Source of the DNA: Aliidiomarina sp.
GTDB lineage: Bacteria; Pseudomonadota; Gammaproteobacteria; Enterobacterales; Alteromonadaceae
DNA length: 24,000 bases
Reading direction: 5' to 3'
Assembly: GCF_047920995.1 (NCBI RefSeq)
Contig: NZ_JBLRWZ010000018.1
Coordinates: 1-24,000 of the forward strand
Numbering within the stretch: the first letter of the stretch is position 1; every line of letters begins with the position of its first letter. Positions 1 through 7,308 of this stretch are shown in pieces. The notes under the pieces were generated by a model. The model worked only from the letters and a program-made list of their open reading frames with translations, ran no database searches and had not been told where the DNA came from. A program made the translations under genes and the position numbers.

Positions 1-24
1 GAATTGGACCGCAACAATCCCTAA
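1..24 (+). CDS. 3' end of an ORF running off the left edge (last residues ...ELDRNNP, then stop); possibly the precursor gene of the MNIO cluster
   Basis: Frame 1 is open from nt 1 to TAA at 22-24. That stop overlaps the ATG of the next gene (TAATG, 22-26), which suggests translational coupling. Seven residues are too few to identify the product. Confidence 0.3.
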   Translation, partial: ELDRNNP

Positions 25-896
25 TGGCCGATTTCAACGCAAATAGTTTGCCACGCTCTGTACTTGGTGCCGGTGTTAGCCTAAAACTTCAACACTATCC
101 GGAAGTACAGAGCGCAGCGGCAGATGGCATTTGGTTTGAGGTGCACACGGAGAACTTTTGTGGTATCGGTGGCGCTAGGCTTGAAGCTCTGCAGGTGATG
201 GCGGAAAAATTTCCTTTAAGTCTCCATGGTGTTGGAGCTTCCCTTGCGGGCCCTGATCAGCTGAGTAAACAGCACTTGTTATGGGTTCAAAATTTAGTTG
301 AACGTATTCAGCCAGCACTTATTTCAGAACATGCAGTTTGGTCGGGTATTCAGGAAGCTTATTTTGCAGATTTATTACCTTTTCCAAGAACCAAATTCAT
401 TTTACAACAATTAGCTGAAGGCATACATCGCTATCAAGAAACAATCGATAGGCCTTTATTAATTGAGAATCCAACACATTACGTTAATTTTTGCCATGAG
501 ATGAGTGAACCAGATTTCATGCTAACACTAGCTAAAACTACTGGATGTGGTTTGTTGCTCGATATTACCAATTTGTATTTAAGCCAGATTAACTGTGGCG
601 TAAATGCTCGGCAATACTTAGATCAAATTCCTCCTCACCTAGTAGGTGAACTGCATGTAGCTGGTTTTTCAAGCGACCCAATTGAAGGCGATCGTTTATT
701 AATTGATAGCCATGATCATGCACCGAATGAAGAAATACTAAGCTTACTAGATTATGCATTAGCGCGTTTTGGTATGAGGCCAGTTTTATTAGAGTGGGAT
801 GATCAAATTCCTGAACTAAATGTGCTTCTGCAGGAACGCGAGCGCATTCAAAGTGTGTTAGATCGGCATTTGGATAGCGTAGATGCAGCAAGTTAA
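24..896 (+). CDS. DUF692/UPF0276 family protein: multinuclear non-heme iron oxidase (MNIO, MbnB/BufB-like) RiPP-modifying enzyme
   Basis: 290-aa ORF with TIM-barrel DUF692 hallmarks in the translation: EVHTENF, LSLHGVG, ISEHAVW, LLIENPTHY, LLLDITNLY, ELHVAGF, LIDSHDH, LLEWDD. These are His/Glu/Asp-rich strand ends. Its stop is overlapped by the following DUF2063 gene. Confidence 0.85.
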   Translation: MADFNANSLPRSVLGAGVSLKLQHYPEVQSAAADGIWFEVHTENFCGIGGARLEALQVMAEKFPLSLHGVGASLAGPDQLSKQHLLWVQNLVERIQPALISEHAVWSGIQEAYFADLLPFPRTKFILQQLAEGIHRYQETIDRPLLIENPTHYVNFCHEMSEPDFMLTLAKTTGCGLLLDITNLYLSQINCGVNARQYLDQIPPHLVGELHVAGFSSDPIEGDRLLIDSHDHAPNEEILSLLDYALARFGMRPVLLEWDDQIPELNVLLQERERIQSVLDRHLDSVDAAS

Positions 897-1659
897 TGAA
901 TCGTTCTATCAGCAACTTATCGCCTATTTGCAGGGTGAAACTGCAACTAATTTAACCCCATGGGTGGGATTCAAACCGGAAGACCTGAGGCGATTAAAAA
1001 TTTACCGCAACAGCAGTATGAAAGCTTCGATACAAGCTTTAGTTGATAATTTCCCAGTGAGTGGTTCAGTAATACCCATTAACCAATTCCGGCATTTAGC
1101 TAAAGAATATGTACTTAAAAATCGGCCTACTCACCCTGTATTAGCTTGGTATGGGCAGGATTTCCCAGATTGGTTACTAAAACAAATAGATCAGCATCAT
1201 TGCTCATGGCTGGCCGACTTAGCTAAGTTAGAACGTTGTTGGCTTAATTGTTTACTGGCTGAGGATCAACAAGCCGTATCAGGAGAGGATATTGCCCATC
1301 TCGCAAGTGAAGGTATCGATATTCAATTACTCACCATGAGCTTGTGCGCGCATGTTGAACTATTAGAAACACATTTTGATGTTTGGACCTTGTGGTTACA
1401 ACAACGCAACAATTCAGGAAACGTTCAACTTTCCTCGATTGCTGCCGAGAAAACACGAAGGATGCTATGGCGACAAGCCAACCATACTGTGCAATACCGA
1501 TTATTATCGGATGCTGAATGGACATTTATACAAACTTTGAAAAAACAACCTTGCTCTTTGCAGAACGCAGTAAGTAAGGCATGGGAAGTAGACAAGCTCT
1601 TTGATGTTAGTGGTAGCTTCGCGGGCCTTTTACAAAACCGCTTGTTGCGCTTAATTTAA
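883..1659 (+). CDS. DUF2063 domain protein (BufC-like MNIO partner / putative precursor-recognition subunit)
   Basis: 258-aa ORF whose ATG at 883 overlaps the DUF692 stop by 14 nt. N-terminal DUF2063-type motifs are visible (LKIYRNS, ALVDNFP, YGQDFPDWL). The DUF692-DUF2063 pairing is the canonical synteny. Confidence 0.8.
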   Translation: MQQVNESFYQQLIAYLQGETATNLTPWVGFKPEDLRRLKIYRNSSMKASIQALVDNFPVSGSVIPINQFRHLAKEYVLKNRPTHPVLAWYGQDFPDWLLKQIDQHHCSWLADLAKLERCWLNCLLAEDQQAVSGEDIAHLASEGIDIQLLTMSLCAHVELLETHFDVWTLWLQQRNNSGNVQLSSIAAEKTRRMLWRQANHTVQYRLLSDAEWTFIQTLKKQPCSLQNAVSKAWEVDKLFDVSGSFAGLLQNRLLRLI

Positions 1660-1677
1660 CCTAAAAGGAATCAGATT

Positions 1678-2217
1678 ATGACCTTGGTAACTGTTATACA
1701 GGAACGCTATTACCAACTAGCTATGTGGTTAGAGCGTTTGTTTGAACCTTTTGCTCTATTAGCTATTCGATTATTAGTTGCTCAGGTTTTTTTACTCTCT
1801 GGATTATCAAAATGGACTGGCTTTTTGCAGTTTGATGTTAACAAGTATGAACTTTTTTTATATGAGTTTTTCTGCCCTGATCCTATTCGGCCAGGCGCTT
1901 TGTTACTATGCAATCCAGATACATTGGAATATACAGAAGGTTCTTTTGGTGTTTGGTTAGCGGAAACAATGGCGGTGATGGCTGGGGTGGTTGAAGTAGT
2001 ATTACCTATACTTTTAATTCTAGGTTTATTTAGCCGTTTTGCCGCTTTTGGTTTATTGGGTATGACGCTTTTTATTCAATTTGCTGTTTATCCAGATTGG
2101 AGCCATTTTTGGAACCCTGCAGCATGGTGGGCTGGAGTGTTATTTCTCATAGTTGCTAAGGGGCCTGGGCTGATTTCATTGGATCGTTGGTTACGACTAG
2201 AGCGTAAAGCTAGTTAA
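1678..2217 (+). CDS. DoxX family integral membrane protein
   Basis: 179 aa with about 4 hydrophobic helices and the DoxX N-terminal signature (LLAIRLLVAQVFLLSGLSKW). An AAGGA RBS lies 8 nt upstream of the ATG, 18 nt after the DUF2063 gene. Confidence 0.85.
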   Translation: MTLVTVIQERYYQLAMWLERLFEPFALLAIRLLVAQVFLLSGLSKWTGFLQFDVNKYELFLYEFFCPDPIRPGALLLCNPDTLEYTEGSFGVWLAETMAVMAGVVEVVLPILLILGLFSRFAAFGLLGMTLFIQFAVYPDWSHFWNPAAWWAGVLFLIVAKGPGLISLDRWLRLERKAS

Positions 2218-3134
2218 CTATGAACCGATCTGAATTCGCCTGGCGACAATGTTTCGTGTTGCTTAAAAAACCGAATAAATGCAGTAGCTGAGTGATAGCC
2301 AATTTGCTCTGCAATACTCTCTAGGCTGAGTTCACTGTGGATCAGTAGGTAACGGCATCGTTGTAATCGTATTTCGTCTAATAGTGACTTTGCCGTCATT
2401 ACCATCACTTTATGGCAGCGCTCAGCGAAAGCACTTTTAGACAAATATGCTAAAGCTGCCATATTCTCCACTGTCCAATCGGCACCCGGCTTATCCATAA
2501 TAGAAAGAACAACTCGGCGAAGAGCAGGATCTTTTAATGCCGCTAAAAGGCCTTGGTTCATGCTGTCGTCTGTTAATACTTGGCGCAATAAATGCAGCAC
2601 AATCACATCACTTAATCGGCTAATTGCAGCTTGATATCCCGGCTGCCGATCCTTCGTTTCCTGCTGAATCAACTGTACAAGCAGGTTGAGCGGGCCACAC
2701 TGCTGATTAACGGGTAAATGAATATAATCGGGCATCGCCTGAAATAAATTAGCTGTTGATGATGATTTAACGGCAATGTCATAACACACCAGGCCACGCT
2801 GCAGGTGTTGAGGAATACAAAAACCTTCAACATTTACCTCACTGGTATGTTCATCCACAGGCTGGTCGCTAAGCCAATGACGGAAACTATGGCTAAAAAA
2901 AACAGCATCACCGGCATGCAGCTGAATTTGTTCTTGGAGCTGGCCAGGGATTGCCATCCACACGCTACCCTGGGTAACAATGTGCAACGCTGCTTTACTC
3001 GATTTACTAGTAAGCAGGTTCCAGTTGTCACAAAAACCTGATTCAAAATGCAATTCAGAGCCAAACGCCAACTGAGATAACAATTGTTCTAGTGGTTCTG
3101 GTGTTTTGGTAGATGGTGCAGATGTTTTGGTCAT
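2214..3134 (-). CDS. AraC family transcriptional regulator with N-terminal cupin-like sensor domain
   Basis: 306 aa. The C-terminal double HTH is typical of AraC/XylS (LSKSAFAERCHKVMVMTAKSLLDEIRLQRCRYLL ... SLESIAEQIGYHSATAFIRFFKQHETLSPGEFR). The N-terminal half is beta-rich and cupin-like. Confidence 0.9.
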   Translation of the reverse strand: MTKTSAPSTKTPEPLEQLLSQLAFGSELHFESGFCDNWNLLTSKSSKAALHIVTQGSVWMAIPGQLQEQIQLHAGDAVFFSHSFRHWLSDQPVDEHTSEVNVEGFCIPQHLQRGLVCYDIAVKSSSTANLFQAMPDYIHLPVNQQCGPLNLLVQLIQQETKDRQPGYQAAISRLSDVIVLHLLRQVLTDDSMNQGLLAALKDPALRRVVLSIMDKPGADWTVENMAALAYLSKSAFAERCHKVMVMTAKSLLDEIRLQRCRYLLIHSELSLESIAEQIGYHSATAFIRFFKQHETLSPGEFRSVHS

Positions 3135-3230
3135 TGTAGGTAGCTGTAGAGTTTCCTAAACTTGGTTAGATAGTTAGCGTATGCAAGTTGTAACACAATA
3201 CCATTACAAATCAAAGAATGAGAGGTTGCT

Positions 3231-4163
3231 ATGCTGCAGTGGTTACAGAAGTTTGAAAAAAAACGGACGTTGCCTGTCCAACCTGAGCAAGTGAACAAAG
3301 ACTTACTCGCTAGCTTAATGATAATGGCGTGGTTTGTAGAAGCAAAAGATCCTTACACTGGCGGTCACTTATGGCGCGTTTCGCGCTATGCCAATCTGTT
3401 GTGCAGAGCTGGGGGGCTTCCGGAAGCTGATATCGCCCGAATCACGCTAGGCGGATTTCTACACGATCTTGGGAAAGTAGCCATTCCCGATTCAATTTTA
3501 AATAAGCGTGGTAAACTCGATGAGAATGAATTTGCCATCATAAAAACGCATCCTGAGGCTGGAGGCCGGCTGTTAGCGGGGCATCCGCTTCGTCACATCG
3601 TAGCGGCAGCAGTTGAATTGCACCATGAACGACCCGATGGCGGTGGCTATCCATATGGCTTGAATGCCAGTATGATTCCAATAGATGCTGCGATCATCGG
3701 GATTTGCGATGCTTTTGATGCGATGACGAGTTTACGTTCCTACCGCTCGCCTATGCCTGTAGAAAAGGCTCTAAATATTATGCGCGAAGAGTGCGGAAAA
3801 CAATTTAATCAATTCTGGTGTGAACAATTTTTAGCACTGGCCGAGCAAAACCTTCTCAATGATATTATGGGCCATAGCGATAACGGTATTCCACTGCATA
3901 CGTGTCCGCTCTGCGGCCCAACTGTGCTCCAACAACGCGATAATAAGCCGGGTGATTTACTCGCCTGTTCAGTTTGCTATAGTGAAATGGAATTATGCAC
4001 TGAACATGGGTATCTAACAGTTAAGCCAACTGGAAATAAAGCCTCTGCCGCGCAACTGCAGCCGAAAGCAGATAACTTATTAATCAAGCAATTGATTGAA
4101 GAATCTATAGGGCATATTCCATTGGAACAAGTAATTCAATTTTCCAGCCATAAAAACCAATAA
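3231..4163 (+). CDS. HD-GYP domain phosphodiesterase (cyclic-di-nucleotide hydrolase) with C-terminal Cys4 zinc-ribbon-like extension; no receiver or sensor domain upstream
   Basis: 310 aa. It carries the HD motif (FLHDLGK) and the HD-GYP signature (HHERPDGGGYP). The C-terminal CPLC-x17-CSVC motif lies at residues 225-249. A GAGAGG RBS precedes the ATG. Confidence 0.9.
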   Translation: MLQWLQKFEKKRTLPVQPEQVNKDLLASLMIMAWFVEAKDPYTGGHLWRVSRYANLLCRAGGLPEADIARITLGGFLHDLGKVAIPDSILNKRGKLDENEFAIIKTHPEAGGRLLAGHPLRHIVAAAVELHHERPDGGGYPYGLNASMIPIDAAIIGICDAFDAMTSLRSYRSPMPVEKALNIMREECGKQFNQFWCEQFLALAEQNLLNDIMGHSDNGIPLHTCPLCGPTVLQQRDNKPGDLLACSVCYSEMELCTEHGYLTVKPTGNKASAAQLQPKADNLLIKQLIEESIGHIPLEQVIQFSSHKNQ

Positions 4164-4183
4164 TAACGACGGGAAAACACAGC

Positions 4184-4675
4184 ATGACTGTGATAACACA
4201 TAATTTACAGCAACTGGATGTATTGAACACTATTGTACAACTAGTAAAACCTGAACATTACTCACAAGAACTGAACTGGCCGGGGACCCCCTCAGTAGGT
4301 AAGCATACGCGCCATGTATTGGGGCATTATCAGCAGTTGAGGTTAGCATTCGAGAACAAGCAACTCGATTATCGCTCACGAGTGCGTGATGAAGATATAG
4401 AAACCCAGCCGGCTAGAGCAATACAATGGATTGAAGGGATTCGTAGTTGGCTACAATCTTTGCACAGAGCAGATATTGAATGCACCATCCAGTATCAGTT
4501 TTCTGAAGGCAAAACATTTACTAGCTTACATCGTGAATTGGATTTTGTTGCTAGCCATTGTGTTCATCACTTAGCGCTCATCCATTCTATATTAGAAAAA
4601 TGGGATTATAAATGGCCCGAAAATGCTGGAGTGCATAGCTCAACAGTAGAGTATCAAAAACAATGTGCACTCTAA
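4184..4675 (+). CDS. DinB/YfiT-like four-helix-bundle protein (putative metal- or thiol-dependent enzyme)
   Basis: 163 aa, predicted helical. There are two His-rich motifs, GKHTRHVLGHY near the N-terminus and ASHCVHHLALIH near the C-terminus, resembling the DinB-fold His triad. It starts 20 nt after the HD-GYP gene, and its stop overlaps the next gene by 13 nt. The family call is by eye only. Confidence 0.6.
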   Translation: MTVITHNLQQLDVLNTIVQLVKPEHYSQELNWPGTPSVGKHTRHVLGHYQQLRLAFENKQLDYRSRVRDEDIETQPARAIQWIEGIRSWLQSLHRADIECTIQYQFSEGKTFTSLHRELDFVASHCVHHLALIHSILEKWDYKWPENAGVHSSTVEYQKQCAL

Positions 4676-6273
4676 GCTGGTGGTATAACAATCAGCGAAT
4701 ACACATCTTATTTAATCGAGATGAGCGAAAAAGTAGAGCACCTGCCATTTGGCCAAAGTGCTATCGAGAGGGTGATGTTGACGCTATCATGCCAATAGAT
4801 CCCGAAGGTGAAGGCAGCTGGATAGCTGCAAATTCGTTAGGCCAAGTATTTTGTTTGCTCAATGATTACATTTCCGCGAAGGCGGATACTTCGCTAACTA
4901 GGCAAAGCAGAGGGAAATTGTTGCGAAGCCTAGCACATAGTAAAGATTGGGCGTCGGTTGATGCCATGCTGCAACCCGAACTTTTAACTTGTTATGCACC
5001 ATTTCGGCTAGTAATTTTTACCGGCACACAGGAACCTACACTTTGGCATTGGAATGGGCAGTCAATTCACCAACAGTTTGCTCCCTCCTCTCCTATATCT
5101 AGTTCCAGTACTTTGCCGGGCTGCATACCGCTAATGCGCGAGTATTATTGGCGGAGCGAGATGCGAAAGGCGCCGTCATTACAAACGCTACGCAAGATAC
5201 ACCAGCAAGATCGTCCATGGCATGCTTTCAGTGGAATTGCCATGCAACGACGCTTAGTTGCAACCGTTAGTTTAACGCAGGTGGATGTTAGCGATAGCAC
5301 CGTTACCATGCAATACTGGGATGGCCATCCCAGTCAGCATAGTGAAACAGCAAACAAACGCATACAGTTAAACATAGGCGAAACTGAGCCAGTTGTTTCA
5401 ACTTTTACCTCTCAGTTCAATGTTAAGTCGTTGCTGCAGCGCTATAATCCGCCATTAGCGCAGCGCCTAACCGGCTGGCGCGGTCGCTTTTTAACCTGGT
5501 TGCTGGCAGAAAAAAAGGTAAACACAGTATTACAGGCTTTAAATCAACAGCCAGCAGAACGCTTTTGTGATTTGGCTTTACAACGATTGAATATCGTACC
5601 GCACATTATTGCTTGTCGCTGGCCGGCAGCAGATAGCAGGCCGGTATTTGTTTGTAATCATCCTACCGGCGGGATTGATGGGCTACTTTTAATTAGTGTG
5701 CTGCAAAAACGCTACCCAAATTTACGGGTGATTGCCAATGAAGTTCTCACAGAGATACAACAACTGGCCCCCTTACTCATACCAGTACCCGTATTTGGAA
5801 AACCTAAAGATGCACTACCAGCATTACAAGAAGCATTCGCTAGTAATGCGCCGCTATTAATATTTCCAGCCGGTAGAACTGCACGAATCAACACGAGTGG
5901 CATTCTCGATGACGGCCCGTGGGCGAAACTCGCAGTTACTTTAGCTAGCAGGCAACAGCGGCCGATAACAGTAATGCATCTGGATAACAAAAACTCTCGT
6001 TGGTTCTATTGGTTGGCGCGTTTACGTACCACATTTAAAATCGCTGCTAACCTAGAAATGCTATTATTAGTTCGAGAAATGTTGAATCCAACCAAGAAAC
6101 AACCACGGCTTTTTGTTGATATACCAATGCGGCCGATCGAACTCAGCGCTATTGCCGATCAACATACAGAGCGAATGGCATGGTTAAAACGACGTTGTTA
6201 CCAACTACCATTTATTTACCGGGAGAATACCGATGCAACAGTTAAATTCGGTTGCAGAAGCAGAGCCAATTGA
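4663..6273 (+). CDS. Fusion protein: N-terminal NRDE/TANGO2-family domain plus C-terminal PlsC-type (OlsA/GlsA-like) lysolipid O-acyltransferase
   Basis: 536 aa. The N-terminal domain aligns by eye to human TANGO2 landmarks: MCT start (Cys2), ILFNRDERKSRAP (the NRDE motif), EGSWIAANSLGQVFCLLNDY (matching GGTWLG...ALTNY), SRGKLL and YAPFRLV. The C-terminal half has acyltransferase blocks: VFVCNHPTGGIDGLLL (NHxxxxD-like block I) and LLIFPAGRTAR (FPxG block III). Confidence 0.85.
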   Translation: MCTLSWWYNNQRIHILFNRDERKSRAPAIWPKCYREGDVDAIMPIDPEGEGSWIAANSLGQVFCLLNDYISAKADTSLTRQSRGKLLRSLAHSKDWASVDAMLQPELLTCYAPFRLVIFTGTQEPTLWHWNGQSIHQQFAPSSPISSSSTLPGCIPLMREYYWRSEMRKAPSLQTLRKIHQQDRPWHAFSGIAMQRRLVATVSLTQVDVSDSTVTMQYWDGHPSQHSETANKRIQLNIGETEPVVSTFTSQFNVKSLLQRYNPPLAQRLTGWRGRFLTWLLAEKKVNTVLQALNQQPAERFCDLALQRLNIVPHIIACRWPAADSRPVFVCNHPTGGIDGLLLISVLQKRYPNLRVIANEVLTEIQQLAPLLIPVPVFGKPKDALPALQEAFASNAPLLIFPAGRTARINTSGILDDGPWAKLAVTLASRQQRPITVMHLDNKNSRWFYWLARLRTTFKIAANLEMLLLVREMLNPTKKQPRLFVDIPMRPIELSAIADQHTERMAWLKRRCYQLPFIYRENTDATVKFGCRSRAN

Positions 6274-7123
6274 GCTGATACGGCAGGAGCTAGCAACATT
6301 AGCGCCTTTAGTAACCGTGCGAGGTTTGCATGTATACAGTGCTCGGGCAACGGAAATTCCGGTAACCATGCGAGAGATAGGTAGGTTACGGGAAATTATT
6401 TTTCGCCAATCGGGGGCTGGACGCAATATGGCTCGCGATCTCGATGACCTTGATTATGGCGAAGCGGCTTATTACCAATTGTTAGTTTGGGACCCGAAAC
6501 GCTTTGAACTAGTAGCCATGTATCGATATCAACTAGGTTGGGCATCAACAGAGCACGGCTATGCTATTTTACGAACCCACCAGCTATTTGAGTACAGCAA
6601 CGCAATGCGCGAACAAGTACTTCCATATGGTATAGAACTGGGCCGCTCTGTGGTAAATTCACAAGCTAAAGCTCGTAGCTTGGGGTTTTATGCATTGTGG
6701 GCTGGGCTGGGAACTTTAGCGCGAATGTATCCGCAGTTACGATATTTTTTTGGTAATGTTTCGCTATACCAAAACCTTGGCCGAGATGCCTTAGATTGTA
6801 TGGTTTCATTTTGTGAGCAGCTATATGCTCCACCAGAATCGATGATGTTAGCAAAAGCAGGTTTACAATATCATCCCACTCAATCGCTCAATTGCACAGC
6901 ATGGGAACCACTGAACCCCTCAGCACGCATCCGTGAATTGCAACATATATTGAAACAGTTCGATTGTCGATTACCACCAATTTTGCAATCGTATTTAAGT
7001 GTGGGCAACGATATTTGGTTTGATGACGCTGCACTCGATGATGATTTCGGACAAGCTTATGAGCTGAGTATTATAGTACCGCTCTCTGCAGTAAGCGGTG
7101 TTATTCGAGAACGCTTTTTATAA
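6233..7123 (+). CDS. GNAT-fold N-acyltransferase of the OlsB/GlsB (Acetyltransf_5, hemolysin-like) type; putative N-acyl amino acid synthase
   Basis: 296 aa with motifs typical of the OlsB-like family: IGRLREIIFRQSGAG, DLDDLDY, YQLLVWD, GIELGRSVV, FYALWAGLG, YFFGNVSL, LPPILQSYLSVG, DDDFGQAYELSIIV. A GGGAGA RBS precedes the ATG. It overlaps the preceding gene by 41 nt. Confidence 0.85.
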   Translation: MQQLNSVAEAEPIELIRQELATLAPLVTVRGLHVYSARATEIPVTMREIGRLREIIFRQSGAGRNMARDLDDLDYGEAAYYQLLVWDPKRFELVAMYRYQLGWASTEHGYAILRTHQLFEYSNAMREQVLPYGIELGRSVVNSQAKARSLGFYALWAGLGTLARMYPQLRYFFGNVSLYQNLGRDALDCMVSFCEQLYAPPESMMLAKAGLQYHPTQSLNCTAWEPLNPSARIRELQHILKQFDCRLPPILQSYLSVGNDIWFDDAALDDDFGQAYELSIIVPLSAVSGVIRERFL

Positions 7124-7308
7124 CTATTCATTAGCGCTAAGCTGAAATACGGTCCGAGCCAGTTGCGGCCATTTCGCGTTTCCGATGCGCTAAGCGCGCC
7201 AGCGCACAGACACCTTTAAAGCATCCCTGCATAGTCGCTTCCATGTAGATTTCTACAGCATACGGGTGTTGCATATATCCCGTATAACTTTACTGCAAGG
7301 ATATCCAA

